Shown here: positions 53,139 to 64,000 of the stretch, in pieces
How the letters are laid out: each line of letters opens with the position of its first letter
Numbering within the stretch: the stretch's first letter is position 1
Assembly (NCBI RefSeq): GCF_006345805.1
Contig: NC_042998.1
Location: forward strand, 139,872,001 to 139,936,000
Direction: 5' to 3'
Source: Octopus sinensis
Taxonomy: Eukaryota
DNA length: 64,000 bases
The notes under the pieces: generated by a model
What the model saw: only the letters and a program-made list of their open reading frames with translations
Told to the model about the DNA's origin: nothing
Database searches by the model: none
Made by a program: the position numbers and the translations under genes

Positions 53139-53670
53139 GTATGATATTCAGTAACAATTCTTTAAATTTTCATTTAACCCTTTTGATACCAACCTGTCTG
53201 ATACTGCTCCTGATTCTATGGTACAAACTTTTTTATTTTGAAGTGACTTAAATTAGAATTTCGTGTCTCAGTGATGTTCCAATAGCAGATAGGACTCTAT
53301 AGAGGAGGTGTCTGATGACTCTACCCCACCACAACCCTTTCAGGAATAGTGGTCAGAGAGGTTGAATGGATGGATGGATGGATGTTCATTTATGTCCCAA
53401 GCATCAGCTTAATAATGATTTTATGGCAGCAAGCTGGTAGAATTGTTAGCATGCCGGGCAAAATGCTTAGCAGTATTTCATCCGTTTTTATGTCCTGAGT
53501 TCAAATTCCACTGAGGTCAACTTACCCTTCCAACCATTTGGGGTTGATAAAATAAGTACCAGCTGAATACTAGAGTCAATGTAATTGATTTACCCCACCT
53601 CCTTGAAATTGCTGGCCTTGTGCCAAAAGTTTAAATTTTATCTTCATTATTTTCAAAATTAATTGAAACA

Positions 53671-54035
53671 AGAGCACTCAGAGAGCACAAGCCTCTGCCA
53701 AGGCAACACCAATGTCATCTCAACGATTAGCCAGAGATGATTTTTAAAATGAAAATATCTGAAATAAACTCGACTGCTCTCACAAGTGAGAATACAAAAA
53801 ATGAACCCGACCACTCTCAAAAATTAAGTAAAAAAAAAAACAGGAAAAATAATCCAGATTCCTTGTCCGGTACTGGATCGATCCCAAAATCTTATCAGTT
53901 AATGCTAGTCATGATGCTAAACATCCCTGAAATTTTCATCTAAATCCATCCAGTAGTTCTTGAGATATCTTGTCCATGGACAAACAGACAAACCTGATTG
54001 AAAACAATACCTCCACCTTCACTAAGGTGGAGGTA
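53671..54035 (-). mobile_element. Helentron/HINE-like repeat
   Basis: Reverse-complement copy of 39905-40253. Confidence 0.55.
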
Positions 54036-55173
54036 ATCAACATTGTACATTCCAACAGATAGGCAGCAGCACCTTTCCTTATCTAACTCTGTTCCTCTGT
54101 TATTGATTTCAAATCTCTCTAGAGCTGACTTTAACATTCTTGCTTCTGGGGTCAGTGAAATAAAGGTTAGCACATGTACTGAAATCAATTCAGTCATTTA
54201 TTTGTGCCCCACTGTTAATGGATTTTAATGTAGTGCAAATGCAAGAAAATATTATTCATTGAAAATATGAGAAATAAAACTCTCAACTAAGTGTCATTTT
54301 TAAGCCACTATATTACATGATGATGATGATGATAACATAGTAGTGGTGGTGATGGCCATCATTATCATCATCATTGTCATCATTGTTGTTTTTAATGTTG
54401 ACTTTCTCATGCTTGACTGGGTCGGACAGAATTCAAGTGAGATTCTTTTTTATTGGATGTCCTTCCTGTTGCCAACCCTCACTTGTTTCCAAGCATGGTA
54501 TTTTTTCCTCACCTACGACCTGACATAACTGGACGTGAATGATACCATGTGCATGAAGTGACACTCATGTACAATTATTAAATAATGTCAAGATGGACCA
54601 AAAGCAGTCACGCACAGTCACATACACACACATACACAAACACGTGCACACACATACATACACACATGCAGACACATTAGTTTCCATATGCCAACTACTC
54701 TCATAAAGTTTTGCTCAGCTCATGGCTATAGTAGAAGACATTTGCCCAAGGTACCACACAGTGGGACTGAACCTGAAACCACATGGTTAGAAAGCAAATT
54801 CCTTTAGCTACATATCCATGTTTGCACCTGAGATATGAATTTTCATGTATATTTAGGGATAGGTTTTCTGTTGGCTAATCTCAGTGAAACAGAATATATC
54901 AGATTACAACATTTTGTGATTCTCTGATGCTGTTAACTGATATATTGGAGTGGAGGGAGGCATTGTTACCATACTTGAGAAAAGGTGAGTGCTGGTTCCA
55001 GGTAGGAGAGATAAGCTGTAGAAAAACTGTACCCCAGCATAGTCTTGGTCGACCTTTGCAAACACGGAAAAGTACTCATTAAATGATGATAACAAGGGCA
55101 ACACTAAGGGTACACTTGCTTCTGATCAATAGGTAAAAATTACAAAAGAAATATAGTCTAATTCTTATAATAT

Positions 55174-55430
55174 CAGTGATTCTCAACTGGGGTCCACATG
55201 GCTCTTGGGGGCCCATATAAGATTTGGTTTTTAAAATATATCTGCATTAAAATTTCTTATATGTATACAATGCATAAAATATGTTAACAGTTTTTTTAAA
55301 AATACAAATCCTAATATTTAATTACAAAAATATAACAGGATTTTTTGAAACATTGAATGGTTATGAAGGTCCAGTAGAGTCAAATAGGAATCAAAAGGGT
55401 CCATAGACAAAAAACGGTTCAGAAATACTG
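55174..55430 (+). mobile_element. hAT-like MITE
   Basis: cagtgattctca...ggttcagaaatactg; same family as 14157-14498. Confidence 0.62.
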
Positions 55431-55464
55431 TATTAGAGCATAAATTTCTTTCTATCTGTTTCAG

Positions 55465-55582
55465 AAAAAACCGTAATTCCCACATCAAATTGCTGTTTCA
55501 AATGTTGAAAAAGAATATCTTAGAGGAACCATTTACTGAAATGCCTGATGAGGGAAAATTACCTTCTCTTACGGCTGCTCAG
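55465..55582 (+). CDS. CEP112: CEP112-like coding exon 3: KNRNSHIKLLFQMLKKNILEEPFTEMPDEGKLPSLTAAQ
   Basis: Acceptor tctatctgtttcag, donor CAG|GTAAGA, 118 nt, phase 2 in and phase 0 out. Matches the recalled CEP112 segment KNRNLYAKLLLHMLKRGALEGPFTHRPEPGTL. Confidence 0.85.
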
Positions 55583-55978
55583 GTAAGATTTGACTTTAGA
55601 CAACTTTTATTTATTTCTGATTTTCAAAAGGAGAAACACAGATGGTCAACTGATTAATGGTTTGAGTTAGTGATCATAGACATAATTGCATTTTGTTTTT
55701 TTATTTAGTTGGTTCAAGGAAGGGCAATTGCTGTGGATCCTTTTCTGACTCCTTTTAATCTAGGTGTGATTGATACAATAAAGTATCGTTTCCAAACCAT
55801 TTTTTGTTGTTTTTTTGCCAAACACTCAAAGCATTTGGATGCTAAATACATCCTCCAACTTTTATACACACACATACATACATACATACATACACACAGA
55901 CACACACACATACATACATACATACATACATACATACATACATACACACACACACGCATACATACATACATACATACA

Positions 55979-56010
<32 letters not shown>

Positions 56011-56345
56011 GTCTTATCAATCACACAGGTTCTCCCTTTATCTCATATTCCTTCAAATCCGATCCATTTGATCCAGTGTCTAACATGAATACAGCTAAGC
56101 AGAGGGTTTGCTGTTTTACTCTGCATCTTGTGTGTTTACTGTTTACATCTAAATTGCACACCATGTGATAAGTTATTAAACACTTTCTTATCATAAAAGA
56201 AAGAACATTATTAGCTATTTCTAAATCACCACTGGCACTTATGTTTAGATGTAGAACTTTGCATCCTCTGGGAGAAATCTTGAGAGAAAATGTTTGTTTG
56301 TTTGTTAAAGTTGTTGTCTGTTGTACAAATAACATTTTAGTTTTT

Positions 56346-56829
56346 AATATTTGTATTTCAACTCTTAGCAGCATTTCGGCTGCCTTTATGTTCTGAGTTC
56401 AAATTCCACCAAAGTTGGCTTTGCCGTTCATCTTTTTGGATTTGATAAAATAAATACCAGTTGAGTACTGGGGTCGATGTAATCAATTTTCCCCAACCCC
56501 TGAAACTACTGGCCTTGTGCCAAAAATTCTAAACCAATATTTGCAATTCGACTCTTAGCAGTGTTCCATCCATCTTTACATCTTGAGTTCAAATTCCGCT
56601 GAAGCTGACTTTACCTTTCATCATTTTGGGGGATTGATAAAATAAGTACCTGTTGAGCATTGTAATTGGCTAGCCCCCCTCCCTTGAAATTGCTGGCCCT
56701 GTGTCAAAAATTTGATGCCAATATTTGTATTTCAACTCTTAGCAGCATTTCATCCATCAACTAGCCCCCTGCTTCCAAAATTCCGGGCCTTGTGCCTATA
56801 GTAGAAAGGAATATTTGTGTTTCAACTAA
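56346..56829 (+). repeat. Tandem array of headless SINE-B units
   Basis: Units start at 56346, 56536, 56720 and 56810, each beginning aatatttg(t/c)(a/g)(t/a)ttc(a/g)act. Confidence 0.75.
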
Positions 56830-58696
56830 GTTTCCCTTGAAAAATATTATTCTTTTAGTTTTACTCTCTTTGAAATGTTTTAAATCTTTGAACAAACAAG
56901 CAACCTGTTTAGTGCTAGTCTCACACTAAAATACCCAGTGTCCATCCCAAAGAGTGATTGGTGATAGGAAAGGCATTTTGCTTAAATAAATAAAAAAAAC
57001 AGGTGAAGGTGTGGCTGTGTGGTAAGAGGCTTGCTTCCCAACCACATGGTTCCGGGTTCAGTCCCATTACGTCACTCCTTGGGCAAGTGTTTTCTACTAT
57101 AGCCTTGGCCTGATCAAAACTTTGTGAATGGATTTGGTAGACAGAAACTGAAAGAAGCTCATTGTCTTTGTGTCTACTATCGCTTGACAACCAATGCTGG
57201 TATGTTTACATTCCCTTAACTTAGCAGTTCAGCAAAAGAGACTAATAGAATAAGTGCTAGATTTACAAAGAATAAGTCCTAGGGTGGATTTCTTCGACTA
57301 TGACCCTTTAAGATGGTGCTCCAGCATGGATGCAGCCAAAGGCTGAAACAAGTAAGTGAATAAGAGAACAAACAGAACAGTTGTAGATTTTACACGGTTT
57401 GTGGCTAAGTTGTAAGGGTTACAGGCTAATGGTTGTAACCAAATGAGCAGCTCTTTGTGTCCTTAAGCAAGACTTTTTATTTTGCATTAGTTCAATCTAC
57501 TCAGTTGAAAATAAATATCAGCTACTAGCTGGGGAAGCTTTTTTTCATCACCTCCACTTCCATTGTAACATCTTCTCCATGCTGTCATGGGAAAGAAGAT
57601 GTTAAAATGGCAGTAGTGGTGGTGCTGTTGCCATTGTTGTTGTTGTTGAGTGTTGAAGTAGATGGTCTTTCCTTGTTATTGTCTGTATATAATTTAGCTT
57701 TTAATAGCTCCTATCCTTATTTCTTCATCCTCCCAACATTTCCCTCTTCCTATTTTAGATATTTCTTGACTTCCTTGAAGATGATAAAGTTTTTATGTTT
57801 TGTCCATCATCATCATAGTTTCTCCTATTAGTTTCCTTTTATTCTTTAACAGATAATTTCTCAAGTCCTACAGTAGATATTTCATTGTAATTTTCTAGTT
57901 GCCTCCGTTCCTCCTTGTATTCATTGTAAATACAATCTTGCCATGTCAGATTTGGGGTAATATATTTTCTAAATACAATCATTAATTATTTTTTTTTGTT
58001 TCTTTCTTTTCCTATCTTGTCTTGTTAATTCAATTAGCAAAAATACTGATGTCTTACCATATTTTCTTTTCATTTAGCTCAGTGTTAATTATTAATCAAA
58101 AGTTTCTGTAATCATCTTTCCTAGCCTTGCTTTTCACTTATGTATGTTATACTCAATCATCATAATCAGCATCGTCATTATTAATCATCCCCTTTTCCAT
58201 GCCGGCATGGGCTCAACTCCAATGTCTGTTTTGGCATGGGCTTTATAGTTGCATACCCTTTCTAATACCAACCGTTTCACAGAGTAGACTGGGTGCTTCT
58301 TTTTCATGGCGCCAGCACTGGTGAGGTCACCAAGTAGCTCACAAGACAAAGCCCTAAAACTGAGTGTGTTGTAGTACTGAGCAAGTTAGTTTTACATACA
58401 TACACATAAATGTGTGTGTACTCAAGAAGACCTGTCTACCACAGCAGAATTGATACTGGTGTTGGTGCCACATAAAAAGCATCCAGTACACTCTGGAGTG
58501 GTTGGCTTTAGGAAGGGCATCAAGCTGTAGAAACCATATCAGAACAGACAATGGAGCTTGGTGCAGTGCCTGACCGTACCAGCTCTTGTCAAGCTAGCCC
58601 ATGTAGAGCTACCTCATCCATGACTTCCGTATTCGATTTCCTTAGGGCTAGCCTCATGGAAAACAGATATTAAACAATGATGATGATATATATATA

Positions 58697-58739
<43 letters not shown>

Positions 58740-58794
58740 AGTGAATGGAAGAAATGGAGTTGAACGAAAATTGAACAGAATTCCTTTTATTACA

Positions 58795-58874
58795 TTCTAC
58801 ACATGTTTCAAAGGCCACAAATTTCCAAATTCTGATTAAATAAGGGTACCATATTGTGGCTTTCTCTTCAGGAA
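58795..58874 (-). ncRNA. Hammerhead motif in the left arm of the 449-bp palindrome
   Basis: Reverse complement of 59038-59117. Confidence 0.62.
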
Positions 58875-59037
58875 AAAACAGGAATTCCGTTGACAGAACA
58901 AAACAAAACAGAGGCGCAGCAACGCAATTTGAACGAGGACGCTCCTTAAGAGCCCAGGGCTCTTAAGGAGCGTCCTCGTTCAAATTGCGTTGCTGCGCCT
59001 CTGTTTTGTTTTGTTCTGTCAACGGAATTCCTGTTTT

Positions 59038-59117
59038 TTCCTGAAGAGAAAGCCACAATATGGTACCCTTATTTAATCAGAATTTGGAAATTTGTGGCCT
59101 TTGAAACATGTGTAGAA
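59038..59117 (+). ncRNA. Hammerhead motif in the right arm of the 449-bp palindrome
   Basis: ttc-CTGAAGA(59041-59047)-gaaagccacaa...ttgtggccttt-GAAA(59103-59106)-C-ATGT-GTA-gaa; palindromic ACATGT in helix III. Confidence 0.65.
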
Positions 59118-59326
59118 TGTAATAAAAGGAATTCTGTTCAATTTTCGTTCAACTCCATTTCTTCCATTCACTAATAATATTAAACTTCAATTATCCGCAC
59201 CAACACATGGTTGCAACACCAAATGGTCTTATCTCCAACCGTGCTTTTTTCTGCTGTGATTTTTGCTACCCAGGTATCGGTTAAACTTTTGAATAATCTG
59301 TAACAAGAAAATTCATCTTTCTATTT

Positions 59327-59332
<6 letters not shown>

Positions 59333-59394
<62 letters not shown>

Positions 59395-59395
59395 C

Positions 59396-59426
<31 letters not shown>

Positions 59427-59460
59427 CATATATATATATATATGTATGTATATATATATG

Positions 59461-59491
<31 letters not shown>

Positions 59492-59520
59492 GTATATATA
59501 TATGTATGTATATATATATG

Positions 59521-59553
<33 letters not shown>

Positions 59554-59596
59554 GTATATATATGTATGTATATATATGTATATATATATATGTGTG

Positions 59597-59627
<31 letters not shown>

Positions 59628-59657
59628 GTGTATATATATATATATATATATGTATGT
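59333..59657. repeat. Large (TA)n/(TG) compound microsatellite
   Basis: Direct reading. Similar tracts at ~470-640, 4130-4360, 11640-11970, 12300-12410, 15540-15790, 16420-16655, 42045-42230, 55870-56008. Confidence 0.95.
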
Positions 59658-60029
59658 ATTATCATTATCATCATTGGTGTCGTTTAATGTCCGCCTTTCA
59701 AGCTAGCATGGGTGGGATGGTTTTGCAAGAGCCAGCCAGGCAGTAGCCTGCATCAAACTTCTGTAACTGGTTTGGCAGGATTTTTACAGCTGGATGCCCT
59801 CTCTAATACCAACCACTCAGCAGAGTAGACTTAGTGCTTTTTACATGGTACAAGCACAGGCAAGGTCAGTTTTGGCAAGGTTTTTACAGCTGGATGCCCT
59901 TCTGAACACCAGCCACTTTACAGTGTGGACTGGGTGCTTTTAAGTGGCACCTGCACTGACAGGGTCACCAAGTACTTGCAAGATAAAAAAAAAAACTTTC
60001 AAGAGAGGAGAGGGCATTGGAGGAGGTGA

Positions 60030-61140
60030 TCTTTTACTGGATGATGAACGGTTATATGTAAATAGGAGCAGGATTAGTGAGAAACAAAACAAAGATGTGA
60101 ATCTATACTCAATTTGTGATGGGGTATTGATGTATGCACAGAGAGTAGTAATACCTGAAACACTGCAAAAGAAAATGTTGAGGGAATTCCATGTTGGACA
60201 TCCTGGTAATTTGAGGATGACTGCTTTAATGTGTAGCTATGTGTACTGGCCAAAAATGGACAGAGAAATTGAAAATGTAGTGAAAGGCTGCAGAGGATGT
60301 GCTCTAGTAGCAAAATTAGTGATGATAAATAGTGAACCTTGGCCAAAAGTAGATGCTCCATGGTCAAGACTACACATTGCTTTCACTGGTTCCTTAAACG
60401 AGTCATGCTACTTAGTGTTAGTAGATAGTTTCTCTAAATGGCCAGAAATTTGTAATCATCAAAAGCCAACCTCCTCGACTACGACAAACTTTCTACAAGA
60501 GCTGTTTGCAAGATTTGGCATCCCAGACATGATAGTATCTAACAATGGAACACAATTTGTGTCTTTTGAGTTTAAAAAGTTTTGTAAAACATTTGCTGTA
60601 GAACATGTAACTATGGTGCCAAACCAACTCAGATCTAACAGACAAGCAGTATGCTTTGCCGATTACATTCAAGAGAGCTCTAAGGAAATCGAATACGGAA
60701 GTCATGGATGAGGTAGCTCTACAACATTTCTTAAGAGTATATTGTGTGACACCAAATCCTAACACACCTGCAGGTATGTCACCAGCAGAGCTGATGTTTG
60801 CGAGGAAAATAGAATCAGTCTTTGACAAATTAATACCTGGTAAGAAAAGAAAAATTGCAATGGATAATACAGCAAGATATTTCAAAATTGGCAAAAATGT
60901 ATTTGTTAGGGTATATAAGAACAGAAAACAAACTTGGGAAGATGGTGTGATTACCAAATGAATAGGAAAATTGCTATACTTGGTAAAAGGAAGAAAAGGG
61001 ATATACAAGGGACACATGAATCAACTAAAAAAAGGATTTGTTGATAGTGAACCCAAGAGATTGGAAGAACCAATGGGATGGTGACATGATACCTTTCAAG
61101 TACTAACGCCACTACAAATAATTGAATCCAGACGTACAAG
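60030..61140 (+). mobile_element. Ty3/gypsy integrase relic
   Basis: HVGHPG...YVYWPKM...CRGC zinc-binding motif; PWSRLHIAF, VDSFSKWPE, FGIPDMIVSNNGTQF (catalytic Asp replaced), SPAELMF; frameshifted. Confidence 0.92.
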
Positions 61141-61247
61141 TAGAAAAAAGAAAATGTATAGAGTTGTTGGAAGTGGATGCCAAACTAAAAAAAAACATTA
61201 AATTTGTAACTGTATGAAAAACAAACCCTTGAAAATTGGAGGTGAGG

Positions 61248-61510
61248 TGATGCAAAAATTATTGCTAGTAAAAAGAAATAAAATTGCACTCCCTAAGATC
61301 AAAGAAAAACTTAAAAGAGTAGATCTTATGGGGATAATGATAATAATGTAACACTCCTCCCACATGATGAGTGGTATGTGCTAGTTGTTACAAATACTGT
61401 AACGTTAGGAAGTAAGTTGTCGGTCATAGATAGTTGTGTCTTACTTGTCTAACTAACTATACTGCTATACTGGAGTGGACATTATAACCGTCCGATGTTG
61501 GATTACAACA
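61248..61510 (+). mobile_element. Candidate 3' LTR of the gypsy relic
   Basis: TG...CA segment directly after the purine-rich ggaggtgagg downstream of integrase; no second LTR in the window to confirm. Confidence 0.35.
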
Positions 61511-62289
61511 GAAAGCAAGGCAAGAACTGGTATCTTGTTGAGGTGGTAAATATGTGACTTCCCCATTTGGTTTATATTTCCTAACTAATTTTATAAATCT
61601 GTGTTTGGTCCTAATTTTCTTATCTCTGTTTCTTTATCAAGGTTTTTGTTAACTTTTCCCTTGTCAAGGTTGCTTTGGCACATTTTATTCAACCATCTTT
61701 CATGCCAATTCCTCAACAATGTCTGTGCACTATAAGTAACAATGTTTCCACTTGTTTGTTATTTATAGTATAGACTTTGAGTCTATTCCTATACAGGAGA
61801 TGGCTGATTGTTTTCTTCTAATATTTGTACATTTGTACACATATTCTTTTCTACTCTAGGCACAAGACCTGAAATTTTGGGGGAGGTGGGGGGGCAGTCG
61901 ATTAGATTGACCCCAGTATGCAACTGGTACATAATTTATCAACCCTGAAAGGATGAAAAGCAAAGTCAACCTTGGTGAAATTTGAACTAAGACTGTAAAG
62001 ACAGATGAAATACCGCTAAGCATTTTGCCCGATGTGCTAACATTTCTGCCAGCTCGCCCCCTTCATTTGTACGCATATTTAATGACAACAGGCATGATTG
62101 TGTGGTTAAGAAGCTTGCTTCCTAACCATGTGTTTCTGAGTTCAGTCCCATTACACAGCACCTTGGGCAAGTGTCTTCTGCTATATTTCAGGCTGACCAA
62201 AGTATTGTGAGTGGATTTGTTAGAAGGAAACTTAAATAAGCCCATTGTGTGTGTATATGTATATGTATATATATATGTATATATATATA

Positions 62290-62328
<39 letters not shown>

Positions 62329-62943
62329 CACCTTAAGAGTATGCCCTGGCACATCGCCACCATCTCCCTTGTTCTCTCTTCCTCTGACTGGGGTAATCCT
62401 GTATCTCCTCCCCAGCAAGTCATCTGCTTCTGTCCTTCTGTCACACTCTAACCTCTTGTCACCTGGCACTTACTAACTGCCTTCAATACCACTCTCCTCT
62501 CAAAGGATCTTTGTCTTGCAAGTTACTTGATGACCTCACCGGTGCTGGCGCTACATAAAAAGCACCCAGTTCACTGTGTGAAGTGGTTGGTGTTTGGAAC
62601 AGCTTCTAGCTATAAAAACCATGCCAAAGGAGATCTTGCTGGTGCTATGTAAAAAGCACCTAATCCCTGATGATGGTGGTGGTGGTGGTGGTGACGACAA
62701 TGACGGTGGCGGTGGCAGTGGTGGTGGTGGTGGTGGTGTGTGTGTGTGTATGTGAACTTTGTCATTCATCCTTCCAGGGTCAGGAATGGCTGTGCAGTTA
62801 AGAATCTCACTTTCTAACCATATGGTTTTGGGCTCAGTCTCACTGCTTGGCACCTTGTTAAAGTGCCTTCTACTCTAGCCCTGGGCCAACCAATGCCTTG
62901 TGAATGAATTTGGTAGACTAAAACTGTGTAGAAGCCTATCATA

Positions 62944-64000
62944 TGGGTCATCCCATAAATAATGTAGTTTTATCAATTGTATGAACTAAAAGTTGGATGG
63001 GGATGGGATAAACTACCTGCATCAACTTGCTATAAAAGCAGGTAATAATTTTACCTTGTTCTTATTTTTAGTGCAAGTTTTGAAGGGTGCAGTTCAATTT
63101 TAACAGTTATTTTTCAAAGTTATAATGGAAATGACAAAGGAGCATGTTCAGCATATTTTGCTTTATGAGTTCAATAAAGGCAACAATGCAATGGAAAGTG
63201 TGAGGAATATCAATGCAGTATATGGGGACTGGACAATAGGCGTAAGCCAGTAGTTCCAAATATTCCAAGCGGGAAACTACAACCTAGAAGACGAGCCTCA
63301 ACCTGAAAGACCTGTAGAACTTGACAAGGATGTCTTGCAAATCCCAATGTAGCTGTTGAGGAACTAGCAGAGAAGCTTGGATTTGGTCATTCAACCATTC
63401 ATCAACATCTGCATGTCATTGGAAAAGTCAAATTGGGTCAATGGGTTCCTTACAAACTTTCCAAGTCTAATTGTACACAGCAAGTGAATGTGTGCTCTTC
63501 TTTACTGTTACATCTCACCTCACAAATGAACCTTTTTTGGACCAAATAGTGACTGGTGACAAGAAATAGGTTCTCTATAAAAATATCAAGCATTGAAGAC
63601 AGTAGGTAAGGGAAAGGAGAAACACCAGCACCCCAGGCTAAAAGAAGTCTTTACCCATGTAAGGTGTTGTTATCTGTTTGGTGGGATATGGAAGGTTTAG
63701 TCCACTTTGAACTTTTAAACCCAAACCAAATGATAACAAAGGAGATCTACTGTGAGCAGCTTGTGCAGCCTAAGTCAGCGGTAGAAGAAAAACGACTATC
63801 TTGGGTTCCAAGACGAAAGGTGTTCTTCCATCAGGATAATGCTTGACCACATACAGCAAGGATAACATTCCAAAGGCTGGAACAGTTTGAATGGTAAATA
63901 ATGCCTCACTCACCATATTTGCCAGACATTGCCCCATCTGATTATCATTTATTCCGCAGTCTTTAAAATCATTTGGACGGAAAAGATATGAATTCTGAAG
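62944..64000 (+). mobile_element. Mariner DD34D transposon relic (runs off the window)
   Basis: ATG at 63125 MEMTKEHVQHILLYEF; IVTGD, LLSVWWD, HQDNA*PH, HSPYLPDIAPSDYHLF with 34-residue spacing; several stops. Confidence 0.92.

Larger units (their letters stand above)
58732..59180. repeat. Perfect palindrome, 224-bp arms, 1-nt loop (A58956)
   Basis: Arms read as reverse complements with no mismatch seen. Left end abuts (TA)n; the right arm continues ~150 bp to another (TA)n at 59333. Confidence 0.95.

Overview
AT-rich, microsatellite- and transposon-dense eukaryotic DNA. The SINE families and the (TA)n/(TACA)n load resemble octopus genomic DNA (inference; no search was run). One host gene is well supported: three phase-compatible + strand coding exons (49151-49250, 53075-53138, 55465-55582) encode the N-terminal DUF4485-type region of a CEP112-like centrosomal protein. 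About 14 kb upstream lies a CpG-retaining zone (~32.4-38.6 kb) with two RFX/X-box-like motifs, probably its promoter and possibly bidirectional. The rest is mostly decayed mobile DNA: tRNA-derived SINEs, RTE, Tx1 and R4/Dong-type LINE fragments, a gypsy integrase relic, DD34D and DD37D Tc1/mariner relics, hAT, Helitron relics and MITEs. There is also a frameshifted TIF1/TRIM24-33-type PHD-finger pseudogene fragment. The most unusual signal is a recurrent class of fold-back palindromes, often abutting (TA)n tracts. At least four carry minimal type I hammerhead ribozyme motifs of the kind known from Penelope-like elements, and one of these (7484-7579) has a fully intact catalytic core. Almost all long ORFs in the supplied track are microsatellite or TE artefacts.
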